Shown here: piece by piece, positions 38,355 through 49,428 of the stretch
How positions within the stretch are numbered: position 1 is the first letter of the stretch
How the letters are laid out: each line of letters starts with the position of its first letter
NCBI GenBank assembly: GCA_963735595.1
Contig: CAVTLK010000002.1
Coordinates: 544,001-608,000, forward strand
Length of the DNA stretch: 64,000 nt
Direction: 5' to 3'
From: an uncultured delta proteobacterium
GTDB lineage: Bacteria; Desulfobacterota; Zymogenia; Zymogenales; Zymogenaceae
Notes under the pieces: generated by a model
What the model saw: the letters and a program-made list of their open reading frames with translations, nothing else
Database searches by the model: none
What the model was told of the DNA's origin: nothing
Position numbers and translations under genes: made by a program

Positions 38355-39872
38355 ATGAAACTGAGACGTATAATAGGCGATGTTGAGGTGCTGGCGCACC
38401 GGGGGGATCTCGATATCGAGATCAGCGATATCTTTTACGATTCGCGCGCCGTGGCCAGGGGCGGCCTCTTTGTCGCGGTCAAGGGGTTGGTTACCGACGG
38501 CCACCGGTACGTTGGAGCCGCCGTCGACCGGGGTGCGGCGGCCGTCGTGGTTGAGGATGACGTCGATATTGCCGGCGCCGTCCTCGTCCGTGTTCGCGAT
38601 TCCCGCGCCGCCCTCGGGCGGCTCGCCGACGCGTTCTTCGACTACCCCTCGATGAAGCTGAAACTGTTGGGCGTCACCGGAACGAACGGTAAGACGACCA
38701 TATGTTATATCGTGGAAGAGATACTCGCGGCGGCCGGGAAAACCCCCGGCGTCATCGGCACGATCAACTACCGGTACGGAAAGAACTCCATCACGCCGCC
38801 CCACACCACTCCGGAATCGCTGGACCTGGTGAGGCTGCTTTCGGACATGGTAAACGCGGGCGCCGATCACGCGGTCATGGAGGTGTCTTCCCACGCGCTG
38901 GACCTCCGACGGGTAGATTGCTGCATGTTTGACGCCGCCCTCTTCACGAACCTGACGCAGGATCATCTCGATTACCATCAAACGATGGAGAACTACTTCG
39001 AGAGCAAGGCACGGCTTTTCCGGGAGTTGATCAACCGGAACAAGGAGACGACCTCGGTCATTAACGCCGACGACCCGTGGGGCAAGCGGCTTATCGATGA
39101 GACGAAGGGAAGGCTCATGACGTACGGATTAGGCGACGGGGCCGATATCAGGCCGACCGCCTTTACCGCGGATACCCGCGGCGTCCGGGGGGAAGGGGTC
39201 ACCCCCCACGGGAAGTTCCGATTCGAGTCAAATCTCCTGGGCAGGCACAACATCTATAATCTCCTGGCCGCACTCGGCGGCGCCCTCGGCATGGGGATCG
39301 ATCTGGAGACGGCCGTCTCGGGGATCAACCGGCGCATCGTCGTACCGGGGAGGCTTGAGCCCGTCGAGGGGACCGGAGACGTCTCGGTGCTGGTCGACTA
39401 TGCCCATACCGACGACGCGCTTACCAACGTCCTTTCGACGCTGGCGCCGCTGGCGAAAGGCCGCCTCATCACGGTCTTTGGGTGCGGTGGAGATCGGGAC
39501 AGGAAAAAGCGGCCCAGAATGGCCGCCGCGGCGGCCGCCGGAAGCCACAAGGTTATCGTCACCTCGGACAATCCCCGAACCGAGGACCCGGCGGTCATCA
39601 TCGAGGAGATCCTCGTCGGGTTTGAGGGCACGGATTATTCGCGGGTCGAACCGGGGGGCTCATTCTGGCGGGATTCCCGAAAGGTCTATACGGTCATCCC
39701 GGATCGGCACGAAGCGATTCGGTTTGCCGTTTCCCGGGCAGAGGGCGGGGATATCATCCTGCTGGCCGGCAAGGGGCATGAGGATTACCAGATCATCGGG
39801 ACGACAAAATACCCCTTCGACGACCGCCTCGAGGCCAAAGAGGCCCTTACGGAGAGGAGGCGGCATGGTTGA
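38355..39872 (+). CDS. murE: UDP-MurNAc-tripeptide synthetase (meso-DAP type)
   Basis: GVTGTNGKTT, TTPES, MEVSSH, VDYAHT, FGCGGDRD, DNPR and AGKGHE motifs. Confidence 0.95.
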   Translation: MKLRRIIGDVEVLAHRGDLDIEISDIFYDSRAVARGGLFVAVKGLVTDGHRYVGAAVDRGAAAVVVEDDVDIAGAVLVRVRDSRAALGRLADAFFDYPSMKLKLLGVTGTNGKTTICYIVEEILAAAGKTPGVIGTINYRYGKNSITPPHTTPESLDLVRLLSDMVNAGADHAVMEVSSHALDLRRVDCCMFDAALFTNLTQDHLDYHQTMENYFESKARLFRELINRNKETTSVINADDPWGKRLIDETKGRLMTYGLGDGADIRPTAFTADTRGVRGEGVTPHGKFRFESNLLGRHNIYNLLAALGGALGMGIDLETAVSGINRRIVVPGRLEPVEGTGDVSVLVDYAHTDDALTNVLSTLAPLAKGRLITVFGCGGDRDRKKRPRMAAAAAAGSHKVIVTSDNPRTEDPAVIIEEILVGFEGTDYSRVEPGGSFWRDSRKVYTVIPDRHEAIRFAVSRAEGGDIILLAGKGHEDYQIIGTTKYPFDDRLEAKEALTERRRHG

Positions 39873-41277
39873 TTCGGCCCGCGTACGACTTTCGGTATCA
39901 GACGTACGCACCGCGCTGGGTGTCGAAGCCTCGGGGGGGGCGGGGGACGTCGTATTTACGGGCGTATCAACCGATTCCCGGACCGCGGCTGGGAGGGAGC
40001 TCTTCGTGGCGCTCGCCGGCGATCAATTCGACGGGCACGATTTCATCCCGGCGGCGCTGGCCAACGGTGTCTCGGGGATCGTCGTGAGCGCCGGAAGGGC
40101 CATAAGTGCCTCCGCGCGGGTCTTCGTCTTTGCTGTACCCGACACGCTCTTCGCGCTGGGAGAGCTTGCCCGGTACCACCGGGGGCGGCTTTCCGCCCGC
40201 GTCGTGGGGATCACCGGCTCCAACGGCAAGACGACCACCAAGGAGATCACGGCCTCCATCGCCGGGACGACGACAAAGATCGCGTACACCAAGGGAAACC
40301 TCAACAACCTGGTCGGTCTGCCGATGACGCTGTTGTCGACGCCCGACGATACCGAGGCGCTCATCCTCGAGATGGGGATGAACGTGCCGGGCGAGATCGG
40401 GCGCCTGGCCGAGATCGCCCGCCCCGACATCGGCGTCGTTACGAACGTCGGGCCGGTTCATCTGGCGGGTGTCGGCTCGATAGACGGGGTGATCGCCGAA
40501 AAGGGGGCGCTCCTGGCGTCGCTCGGGAAAGACGGCGTCGCGATATTCGAGGCGGACACGGACTATTCCGACCGGCTCAGGAAGATGACGCGCGCGCGCA
40601 TCATCACCTTCGGCTTGGACGGCCGGTCGGACGTACGGGCCGAAAAGATCGAGGACCTCGGGCAGGCGGGAACCCGGGCGCGGTTTGTCCTGCCCTCGGG
40701 CTCGTTTACGGCGCTCCTTCCCATACCCGGCCTCCATAACCTTAGTAATGCACTGGCCGCGGCGGCCGCAGGCATTGCCCTCGATATCCCCGCCGACCGG
40801 ATCGCCGAGGGTATAGAGGCAGTCCGCCCGCTCGGTATGCGCATGGAGATTTCGAAGGCCTCCGGGGGATGGGTGATCCTCAACGACAGTTATAACGCCA
40901 ACCCGGTATCGATGCGCGCGGCGCTGGAGTTTCTCGCGCAGCAGCGCGAGGCGATTGAAGGACGGGCCGTCGCGGTCCTGGGGGATATGCTCGAACTGGG
41001 GGCGTTTACCCGGTCCGGCCACGAGGAAGTCGGCGCGGCCGCCGCCGGGATCAGGGTCGGTCTGTTGTTCGTCATCGGGGATTTTGCCGGCGACGCGCGC
41101 CGGGGGGCGATCGCGGCGGGTATGGATGAGGGGGCGATAGTCGCCTATCCCAGGGAGGCGCATGATACGCTGATCAACGACCTGCTTGATGTCGTCGGCC
41201 CGGACGACGTGATCCTCGTTAAGGGCTCGCGGGCGATGAGGATGGAGCGGATTGCCCAGGCGCTGAATAAACGGTAA
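39865..41277 (+). CDS. murF: UDP-MurNAc-pentapeptide synthetase
   Basis: ATG 39865 after GGAGG; ITGSNGKTTTK, EMGMN, NDSYNANP, LGDMLELG and VKGSR motifs. Confidence 0.95.
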   Translation: MVDSARVRLSVSDVRTALGVEASGGAGDVVFTGVSTDSRTAAGRELFVALAGDQFDGHDFIPAALANGVSGIVVSAGRAISASARVFVFAVPDTLFALGELARYHRGRLSARVVGITGSNGKTTTKEITASIAGTTTKIAYTKGNLNNLVGLPMTLLSTPDDTEALILEMGMNVPGEIGRLAEIARPDIGVVTNVGPVHLAGVGSIDGVIAEKGALLASLGKDGVAIFEADTDYSDRLRKMTRARIITFGLDGRSDVRAEKIEDLGQAGTRARFVLPSGSFTALLPIPGLHNLSNALAAAAAGIALDIPADRIAEGIEAVRPLGMRMEISKASGGWVILNDSYNANPVSMRAALEFLAQQREAIEGRAVAVLGDMLELGAFTRSGHEEVGAAAAGIRVGLLFVIGDFAGDARRGAIAAGMDEGAIVAYPREAHDTLINDLLDVVGPDDVILVKGSRAMRMERIAQALNKR

Positions 41278-41289
41278 GGAGAGGCTCAC

Positions 41290-42366
41290 ATGATCTATCA
41301 TCTGACGTTATGGCTCTCGGACTATTTCTCGTACCTGAACGTCTTCCGGTACATCACGTTTCGGGCGATATACGCGGCGCTGACGGCCCTCGTTATCTGC
41401 CTGATCCTGGGACCATGGATGATCAGAAAGCTGAAGGGATTGCAGGCTCTCCAGCCCATCCGGAGCAACGGCCCGGCCACACATCTCAAAAAGGCAGGCA
41501 CGCCGACAATGGGCGGGCTCCTGATCGTCTCGGCAATGACGCTCTCGACGCTGTTGTGGGCCGACGTCGCCGATTTCTATATCATCCTGGTGCTGATCGT
41601 CACCGTCTCGTACGCGGTTATCGGGTTCATGGACGACTGGCGAAAGCAGATATTGAGAGACCCTAAGGGTCTGCCGGGGCGCTATAAGTTCTTCTGGGAG
41701 CTGATCGTTGGGATCGTTGTGGGCGTGATGCTCTACTTTGCGCCCAACTACAACACGGAGCTGTCGGTCCCGTTTCTTAAGGCGCTCCACCCCGATCTCG
41801 GCTGGTTCTATATCCCCTTTGCGATCTTTGTCATCGTCGGGGCGGCAAATGCCGTCAACCTGACCGACGGGCTGGACGGCCTGGCGGCGGGCCCCGTGGT
41901 GGCGGTCGCCATCACCTATCTGGTCTTTGCCTACTGCACCGGAAACGTGAAGATCGCCGACTACCTGCTGATTTCGTATCTTCCCGGTACGGGAGAACTG
42001 GCGGTGTTTTGCGGGGCGATGGTCGGGGCCGCAATGGGTTTCCTGTGGTATAACTCCTATCCCGCCGAGGTCTTCATGGGGGACGTAGGCGCCCTCTCCC
42101 TGGGCGGGGGGATAGGCACGGTGGCGGTAGCTACCAAGCATGAACTTCTGTTAGTCATCGTGGGGGGTCTCTTTGTGGTGGAGACGTTGTCGGTCATCTT
42201 CCAGGTCGGGTTCTTCAAGTGGAAGCGCAAACGGATCTTCAGGATGGCGCCCCTCCATCATCACTTCGAGCTTTTGGGATGGCCCGAGCCGAAGATAATC
42301 GTGCGGTTCTGGATCATATCAATTATCCTTGCCCTTCTGGCATTGAGTACTTTAAAAATACGATAG
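41290..42366 (+). CDS. mraY: phospho-MurNAc-pentapeptide transferase
   Basis: [26 protein letters not shown] and MAPLHHHFE motifs. Confidence 0.97.
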   Translation: MIYHLTLWLSDYFSYLNVFRYITFRAIYAALTALVICLILGPWMIRKLKGLQALQPIRSNGPATHLKKAGTPTMGGLLIVSAMTLSTLLWADVADFYIILVLIVTVSYAVIGFMDDWRKQILRDPKGLPGRYKFFWELIVGIVVGVMLYFAPNYNTELSVPFLKALHPDLGWFYIPFAIFVIVGAANAVNLTDGLDGLAAGPVVAVAITYLVFAYCTGNVKIADYLLISYLPGTGELAVFCGAMVGAAMGFLWYNSYPAEVFMGDVGALSLGGGIGTVAVATKHELLLVIVGGLFVVETLSVIFQVGFFKWKRKRIFRMAPLHHHFELLGWPEPKIIVRFWIISIILALLALSTLKIR

Positions 42367-42378
42367 GGAGGCATATCC

Positions 42379-42741
42379 ATGGCGCATCATTATTCCCAGA
42401 GAGAAAAGGCGGCGGGTCTGGTGGGTTGCCGGGTCTTCCTCGAGGAATTCGAGCTTACCAGCTTCGGGGACGCGATGGTCGGCGCCGATGTCGTCGAGTC
42501 GGCCGATGGGATCGTCGTGCTCAAGACCATCCGGGACTTTGCCCCCGGGGTGCTGGTGCGGATCGACCTTTCCTCGGGCCGGCAAACGAGGGGCATAAAC
42601 TTTGACGGCTTTGTCGTGGTCGGATGCGTCAGGGATTCCAAGCGGATTTCGGCCGACGAGGTCTACCGGGTGGAAGTAAGCCTGCTCAGGCTGGAGAGCG
42701 ACCGGTACAATATGATGATTTCAGAGATCGAGGCGATGTAG
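42379..42741 (+). CDS. hypothetical protein, degenerate PilZ-like fold
   Basis: Own GGGAGG RBS; fills the mraY-murD gap (12-nt and 5-nt spacers). Pattern QRE../ESADG/FAPG..V.I.L/G.VR/YRVEV.L resembles PilZ. Confidence 0.7.
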   Translation: MAHHYSQREKAAGLVGCRVFLEEFELTSFGDAMVGADVVESADGIVVLKTIRDFAPGVLVRIDLSSGRQTRGINFDGFVVVGCVRDSKRISADEVYRVEVSLLRLESDRYNMMISEIEAM

Positions 42742-42746
42742 CGGGT

Positions 42747-44145
42747 ATGATTCGTACGGGGGAAAGGGTCGGCATCGGGCTTTCCGGTGCAAACGTCGTT
42801 GTCGTCGGCGGTGCCAGGACGGGGATGAGCGCCGCGCGATTTCTCGCCGGACGGGGCTCTCGGGTGACGCTGACCGATATGTCCGATCTTGCCGGTAAGA
42901 TGACCGAGCTTGGCGAGCTGCGCGCCCTGGGGGTTGTCACCGACCTGGGCAGGCACGACACCGCAGCCTTCCTGTCCGCCGACCTGATAGTCCTCAGCCC
43001 CGGCGTACCGCTCTTCATGGAGCCGCTGGCCGAGGCACGGAAGAAGGGGGTCAGGATCATCGGTGAGGTCGAGCTTGCCTTCAGGTTTTTCGATACTCCG
43101 GTCGTCGCAGTAACGGGGACCAACGGGAAGACGACGACAACCGCGTTACTGGGTTCGATCCTCGAAGCCTGTGGTAAAAAGGTCCTCGTGGGGGGGAACA
43201 TCGGGACGCCGCTTATAGAGTTTGTGCCCGGTCCCGGGGAGGAATGGCCCGCCGTGGACTTTATCGTGGCGGAGATATCGAGTTTTCAGTTGGAGGCGGT
43301 GGAGACGTTCGCGCCCAGGGTGGCGCTGCTGCTCAACATAACCCCTGATCACCTCGATCGGTACCGGAGCTACGAAGAGTACATTACGGCAAAGCTCGAG
43401 ATATTCGCCCATCAGTCGAGCGAAGATATCGCCGTGCTTAACCGGGACGATGATCTGGTCACGTCGCGGGCTCATGACATCGCCGCGGCACGGCTTTATT
43501 TCTCCCGTGCTCGGCAGGAACAGGGGGGGGTATGGTATGACGGGAAAGAGATAGTCTGCACGGTCAACGATGCCCTCGACTCCTACGATCCCCGGGATTC
43601 CCGGCTCGCAGGGCGTACACAATATAGAAAATATGATGGCGGCCGTCGCCGGGGCGGCCTCGGTCGGGTGCAGGGGAGAGGCGGTCGGGCGCGCAATACA
43701 GCAGTTCGTGCCGCACGGCCACCGGCTTCAGCACGTGCTGACGACCGAGTCCGGCGTGAGCTTCTACGACGATTCCAAGGCGACCAACGTGGGGGCGGCG
43801 CTCAAATCGATCGAGAGCTTCGCCGGGGGGCTCCACGTCATCCTGGGCGGGGTGGACAAGGGGGGAGCATACGCTCCCATGAAGGAGGCGCTTAAAAAGC
43901 GGGCCAAGGGCCTGTACCTGATCGGCGAGGCATCGCCGATCATCGAGAGGGAGCTTTCGGGGATTGTCCCGATCGTTGCCGCCGGCACCATGGGGCAGGC
44001 CGTCAGGATCGCGGGCGAGCGGGCAGTTTCGGGTGATACGGTTCTGCTGGCGCCGGCCTGCTCCAGTTTTGACCAGTACAGGAATTACCAGGAACGGGGA
44101 GAGGATTTCATACAGCACGTCAAGAGGTTTTTCGGCGATGGGTAA
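42747..44145 (+). CDS. murD: UDP-MurNAc-L-Ala--D-Glu ligase (frameshift near 43610)
   Basis: SPGVP, VTGTNGKTTT, GGNIG, EISSFQLE and DHLDRY; then HNIEN, DDSKATN and LAPACSSFDQY in the next frame. Confidence 0.93.
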
Positions 44146-45238
44146 CAAGTACGAATATGACCGGGTCCTTATCGTTTTGATCGCGGTCCTGGTCATATTC
44201 GGCATCATGATGGTCTTCTCGGCGAGTTCCGCCGTCGCGTACGACGAGAACGCGGATGCTGCATTCTATCTTAAGAAGCAGCTTCTTTGGGCCGTCCTGG
44301 GATTGGCGGCGATGGTCGCGATGATGCGGATCGATTACCATCTGCTGAGAACCTATGTCTACCCGATATTCCTGGTGAGCCTGTGTCTGCTGGTGCTCGT
44401 GCTTGTGCCGGGGGTCGGCAAGAAGATAAACGGGGCGCGCCGATGGATCGACTTGCTGGGATTTACGTTTCAACCGGGAGAGCTCATCAAGCTTACCCTT
44501 GTTATTTATCTGGCATACTCGCTCACGAAAAAATACGAGAAGATAAAAACCTTTACGGTGGGGTTCGTCCCCCACATCATTCTGCTGCTGATCGTGGCCG
44601 CCCTCATTATGTTAGAGCCCGATTTCGGGGCGGCGGTCACTATCGGGGCGATCGTGATCATCATGATGTTCGTAGCGGGTACGAGGTTCTATTACCTTGC
44701 GGCGACGGTGATCGCGGCGGTGCCCGTGGTCTATTTCTGTATCGTCCATTCGGCCTACCGCATGCGGCGTATTATGGCCTTTATGGACCCCTGGGCCGAC
44801 CCGCTGGATACCGGGTATCACATTATCCAGTCGTTTCTGGCCTTCGGGTCGGGGGGGATCGTGGGGGCCGGACTGGGGGAGGGCACGCAGAAGCTTTTCT
44901 ATCTCCCCTTTGCCTATTCGGATTTCATATTCGCGGTCATCGGCGAGGAGCTGGGATTCATCGCGGTGGTCGCGGTCATCGCCGCATTCGGGCTGTTGTG
45001 CATGCGGGGAATCAGGATCGCCAAGAGGGCGCCCGATCTCTTCGGCTCCTACCTGGCGGTGGGAATTACCGCGCTGATCACCATTGAGGTTATCCTCAAC
45101 ATCGGTGTGGTGACGGGTCTTTTGCCCACCAAGGGGATGACGCTGCCGTTTATCAGCTACGGCGGCTCCTCGCTTCTAACGAGCCTGGCGGCGATGGGGG
45201 TGCTCCTCAACGTATCGGCCCAGGGGGAGGCAAAATGA
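44138..45238 (+). CDS. ftsW: peptidoglycan glycosyltransferase FtsW
   Basis: SAS, NGARRWI, QPGE..K, EPDFG, DFIFAVIGEELG and PTKGMTLPFISYGGSS motifs. Confidence 0.95.
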   Translation: MGNKYEYDRVLIVLIAVLVIFGIMMVFSASSAVAYDENADAAFYLKKQLLWAVLGLAAMVAMMRIDYHLLRTYVYPIFLVSLCLLVLVLVPGVGKKINGARRWIDLLGFTFQPGELIKLTLVIYLAYSLTKKYEKIKTFTVGFVPHIILLLIVAALIMLEPDFGAAVTIGAIVIIMMFVAGTRFYYLAATVIAAVPVVYFCIVHSAYRMRRIMAFMDPWADPLDTGYHIIQSFLAFGSGGIVGAGLGEGTQKLFYLPFAYSDFIFAVIGEELGFIAVVAVIAAFGLLCMRGIRIAKRAPDLFGSYLAVGITALITIEVILNIGVVTGLLPTKGMTLPFISYGGSSLLTSLAAMGVLLNVSAQGEAK

Positions 45239-46314
45239 AGGTCGTCATCGCGGGAGGGGGAACGGGAGGCCACCTTTATTCGGGGACGGCCGTGTACGAT
45301 ATCCTTACCCGCGGGGGGGGGCACGAGGTCTCCTTTATCGGGACACGGGACGGCATAGAGGCGCGGGTACTTCCCGGCCGGGGGATTGACGTGAGATATA
45401 TCCCGGTCGTCAAGTTCCGCAGGAGCGGGGCCGGCGCGAAGGTGATGTCCGTCGGTGTTCTGCCGCTTTCCGGGATATGTGCGCTGGCGGCGCTGTTAAA
45501 GATCAAGCCGGACGTCGTTCTCGGGGTGGGCGGATACGCCTCGGGGCCGGTGGTCGCCGCTGCGGCGCTCCTGGGCATCAGGCGGGCCGTCATCGAGCAG
45601 AACTCGGTGGCCGGGTTTACCAACCGGGTTCTCGGGCGGTTCGTTCGGCGGGCGTTTCTGGGCCTGCCGGGCGCCGCCTCCGATTTCCCCCGCGGCGTCG
45701 GCGTCTTCGTCGGCAACCCCGTCAGGGAAGCCCTCTTCTCCGTGCCGCCGGCAGACCAGACGTCGCTGCCGTTTACGATCCTGGTCTTCGGCGGTAGCCA
45801 GGGCGCGCACCGTATCAATGGGCTGATCACCGAAGCGCTGCCGTTCCTGCCCGATATGAAAGGGACGCTCTCGTTTATTCACCTTGCGGGCGGCAACGAC
45901 CTCGCGGCCGTTCAGCGGGCATACAAGGAGGCGGGGATATCCGCCGAGGTCCACGACTTCCGGGAGGATATGGAGCACCTATACGGACGCGCCCACTGGG
46001 TGATCGCGCGGTCCGGCGCGATGACAGTATCGGAGCTGGCGGCGGCCCGGAGGAGTTCGCTCCTGATCCCCTATCCGTTTGCGGTGGACGACCACCAGGC
46101 AAAGAACGCCGCCTACCTCGTGGAGGCGGGGGCGGCCGATATGATCAGGCAGGAGGACCTTACCGGCAGGCGGCTTTCCTCACTGATCCGGGAGGCGTTC
46201 GTCAACAGAAAGCGCCTTTCGGTAATGGGAGACAGGGCCGGCGAGGCCGCCCGGCCCGACGCGGCGCGCCGGATCGCCGAATGGATAACCGGCCGGGACG
46301 ACAGGACAGCATGA
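45235..46314 (+). CDS. murG: undecaprenyl-PP-MurNAc-pentapeptide GlcNAc transferase
   Basis: GGGTGGH, GGYAS, EQN, GNPVR, GGSQGA, RSGA and HQ..NA motifs. Confidence 0.95.
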   Translation: MKVVIAGGGTGGHLYSGTAVYDILTRGGGHEVSFIGTRDGIEARVLPGRGIDVRYIPVVKFRRSGAGAKVMSVGVLPLSGICALAALLKIKPDVVLGVGGYASGPVVAAAALLGIRRAVIEQNSVAGFTNRVLGRFVRRAFLGLPGAASDFPRGVGVFVGNPVREALFSVPPADQTSLPFTILVFGGSQGAHRINGLITEALPFLPDMKGTLSFIHLAGGNDLAAVQRAYKEAGISAEVHDFREDMEHLYGRAHWVIARSGAMTVSELAAARRSSLLIPYPFAVDDHQAKNAAYLVEAGAADMIRQEDLTGRRLSSLIREAFVNRKRLSVMGDRAGEAARPDAARRIAEWITGRDDRTA

Positions 46315-47718
46315 TTAAGAACCAGACAAGGACATACCGTGGATTTCACAAGGTCCACTTTATTGCCATCGGCGGCATTGGGATGAGCGGGATAGCCGAG
46401 GTCCTCCTCAACCGGGGGTACGAGGTCTCGGGCTCCGACATCAGAAAGAGCGACATAACCGAACGCCTCAGGTCGTTGGGGGCCGTCGTTCACTACGGCC
46501 ACTCGGAGAAGAACCTCGCGGAGGCAGACGTGGTTGTGGTCTCCACGGCGGTGAAAAAAGACAATCCCGAGGTCCTGGAGGCAATCCGGAAGAATATCCC
46601 GGTGATCCCGCGAGCCGAGATGCTGGCGGAGCTCATGCGGATGAAGTATGGTGTGGCGGTGGCCGGCACTCACGGCAAGACCACCACTACCTCGATGATC
46701 GCCACTATCATGGGAATGGGAAACCTCGACCCGACGATGGTCATCGGAGGCAAACTCGACTATATCGGCTCCAATGCGAGGCTCGGCGAGGGGCAGTTCC
46801 TGGTGGCCGAGGCCGATGAGAGCGACGGATCGTTTCTGCTGCTGTCGCCGACCATCGCGGTTGTCACCAATATCGAAGAAGAACACATGGACTACTATCG
46901 GGATCTGGCCCAGATAAAGGACGCCTTCGTGACGTTCATCAACAAGATCCCGTTCTACGGCCTGGCGGTGCTCTGCCTGGATCATGAGAACGTCCAGGCG
47001 ATTATGCCACGAGGTCAAGAGGCGCTTCATAACCTACGGGGTATCGCCCCAGGCGGATTTCACCGCGTCGGGAACTGCATTTCGGGGAGGCCGGTCGACC
47101 TTTACGGTGTCGTATCACGGTGAGCCGTGGGGGGAGGTCGATCTTCCTATTCCGGGTTCGCATAACGTCCTCAACGCGCTGGCGGCTATTGCCGTCGGCA
47201 TGGAGGTGGGGCTCGATTTCGATACGATAACACAGGCCCTCTCACAGTTTGCCGGGCCGCACCGGCGTTTTCAGATCAAGGGGGAAGCGGCGGGCGTTAC
47301 GGTGGTTGACGACTACGGGCACCACCCCACCGAGATCGTGGCGACACTGGCAGCCGCCAGAAGCTTCTGGGGCGGCAGGATCGTGGCGGTCTTCCAACCC
47401 CACCGTTACACGAGAACCCGCGACCTCTTCGATGCCTTTCTGACGGCGTTTTTTGCGGCCGATGTCCTCGTGATGACCGATATCTACGCGGCCTCCGAGG
47501 ACCCGATACCCGGAGTGGATGCGAAAGGCCTCTTCGAGGAGATCGGAAAACGCGGGATGAGAGAGCGATACTTCGTGCCGAAGAAGGAAGAAATCGCACC
47601 GGAGTTGATGAGGATCGTCCAGCCGGGGGACATGGTAATCACCCTCGGGGCCGGGGATATCTACCGGTCAGGAGAGGAACTCCTGGCGCTGCTGAAGGAG
47701 CGCGATGCGAGGCCTTGA
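46311..47718 (+). CDS. murC: UDP-MurNAc--L-alanine ligase (frameshift near 47010)
   Basis: [18 protein letters not shown] and EADESD; then [23 protein letters not shown] and LGAGD. Confidence 0.95.
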
Positions 47719-48598
47719 ACAAGAGATCAGGGGCACGGTCCTTTTTGACGAGCCGATGGCCCGGCACACCTCCTACCGGATCGGCGGGCCGGTCGATATC
47801 TTCATCGTGCCGGCCGACGCCGATGATCTCGGGGCCGCGCTCACAATCCTCCGGGAGCGCGATATACCCGTTGTCATCCTCGGGAGGGGAACCAACCTCC
47901 TGGTGCGGGACGGCGGGATCAGGGGAAGCGTGGTCTCGATGGAAGCGATGGCGGGCGTAGAGCGGGCGGGCGAAAACAGGGTGACTGCCCAGGCCGGGGC
48001 GCCCCTCATGGAAGTGATCAACCGATGCGTTGGGTGGTCCCTGGCGGGGCTCGAAAAGCTGGCGGGGATTCCCGGCAGCGTCGGGGGTGCGGTCGTCATG
48101 AACGCCGGCGCACACGGCGCGTATATCGAGGGCGTCATTCATGCGGCGGCTATCCTGGGGGCGGAAGGAAAGGTCTATAATAGGACAAGGGATGAGCTCG
48201 GTTTTGCCTACCGGACGTCCGGTCTGGACAGCAGCGAGATCATCCTGCATGTCGATATGTCACTTGAAACGGGAGATCCGGAAGAAATCTCCCGGATCGT
48301 TAAGGAAAAACTGGATTGGCGGCGCGACCGGCAGCCGTTGTCTCTGCCCTCGGCGGGGTCGGTCTTCAAGAACCCCCCCGGGTCGCCCGCCGGCAGGATT
48401 ATCACGGAGCTCGGCCTCAAGGGAACCAGGGCAGGGGGGGCCGAGGTATCTACGCTTCACGCCAATTTCATAGTGAATCGCGGCGGGGCGCGGGCCGTCG
48501 ATGTCCTTTCGCTCATAGATCTGATCGTTAAGAAAGCCCGCGATGAGCGGGGGATCGAGCTCGAGCCGGAAATTAAGATAGTCGGGGTGGACCGGTGA
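47705..48598 (+). CDS. murB: UDP-N-acetylenolpyruvoylglucosamine reductase
   Basis: IGGP, GTNLL, GIPGSVGGA..MNAGAHG, SAGSVFKNP, HANFIVN and LEPE motifs. Confidence 0.95.
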   Translation: MRGLEQEIRGTVLFDEPMARHTSYRIGGPVDIFIVPADADDLGAALTILRERDIPVVILGRGTNLLVRDGGIRGSVVSMEAMAGVERAGENRVTAQAGAPLMEVINRCVGWSLAGLEKLAGIPGSVGGAVVMNAGAHGAYIEGVIHAAAILGAEGKVYNRTRDELGFAYRTSGLDSSEIILHVDMSLETGDPEEISRIVKEKLDWRRDRQPLSLPSAGSVFKNPPGSPAGRIITELGLKGTRAGGAEVSTLHANFIVNRGGARAVDVLSLIDLIVKKARDERGIELEPEIKIVGVDR

Positions 48599-49401
48599 CC
48601 AGAGACCTCAAAAATATCGGGCCGTCTGAATTCGGCGTCAAGAAGGAACAGGCACGGGTCACAAAGGACGGGCCGGTAAGGAGCCCGGCGACCCTGATCG
48701 CCGCGGTATGCGCTCTCGCGTTAGTGGGTATGATCCTCTACGCCGCCGTCCGGGTGTTGCCCGGGATCGGCAGGAAGATCGGCGATTCATCATATTTCCG
48801 CCTGGAGGACGTCGACGTCATCGGGGTCGTGAGGGCGGATCGTGACGCTATCGGTCCGGCCGTAGGGTTTTCGGCGGGCAGTCCCCTGTTGGAGACGGAT
48901 CTCGCCGCCATACGGGATCGCGTTGCCGCCGTCGACTGGGTCAAGGATGTAGAGGTTTCCCGGGACCTTCCCAATAAGCTGATAATCAGAATCACGGAGC
49001 ACGCACCGGTGGCGGTGGCCGTGACGGACGAAGGCCGGCGGTTCGTCGACCCGGACGGGGAGCTGTCCGAAATCGATACGGATATCGGAGGGCTTCCCGC
49101 CTTTTCCGGGATGACCATGCCCGATCAGTACGTCGAGGGCGCGCGGCTATTGACGCTGATACGGGACGGACGTCTCATCGCCGACGGGCACGTGAAGACG
49201 GTGAGATTTGACGAGGTTATGGGGTATACCGTTACAACCAGCGAAGGCATTGAGATACGTCTCGGGCAGCCGCCCTTTGACGAGAAGATCGCGCGGCTGA
49301 CCCGGGTGCTGGATGACGCTCAGAAACGGGGTACTATCCGATATATCTATATGAACATCGAAGACAGGGTCGTGGTAAAAGTAGGGGCGCCGGTGATGTA
49401 A
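48595..49401 (+). CDS. ftsQ: cell division protein FtsQ/DivIB
   Basis: One TM segment plus POTRA (WVKDVEVSRDLPNKL.I.I.E); located before ftsA. Confidence 0.85.
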   Translation: MTRDLKNIGPSEFGVKKEQARVTKDGPVRSPATLIAAVCALALVGMILYAAVRVLPGIGRKIGDSSYFRLEDVDVIGVVRADRDAIGPAVGFSAGSPLLETDLAAIRDRVAAVDWVKDVEVSRDLPNKLIIRITEHAPVAVAVTDEGRRFVDPDGELSEIDTDIGGLPAFSGMTMPDQYVEGARLLTLIRDGRLIADGHVKTVRFDEVMGYTVTTSEGIEIRLGQPPFDEKIARLTRVLDDAQKRGTIRYIYMNIEDRVVVKVGAPVM

Positions 49402-49428
49402 CGGACCTCAAGGCAAGGAGGTGATACG

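Noticed and set aside
39355..41277. 640-aa ORF as an extended MurF or a MurE-MurF fusion
   Set aside because: The first 170 codons overlap murE in another frame. The real start is ATG 39865 with a GGAGG RBS, and murE has its own stop.
43560..47050. Programmed frameshifting or pseudogenisation of murD and murC
   Set aside because: There is no slippery heptamer with a stimulatory structure, both genes are essential with intact motifs, and the pattern matches window-wide indel errors.
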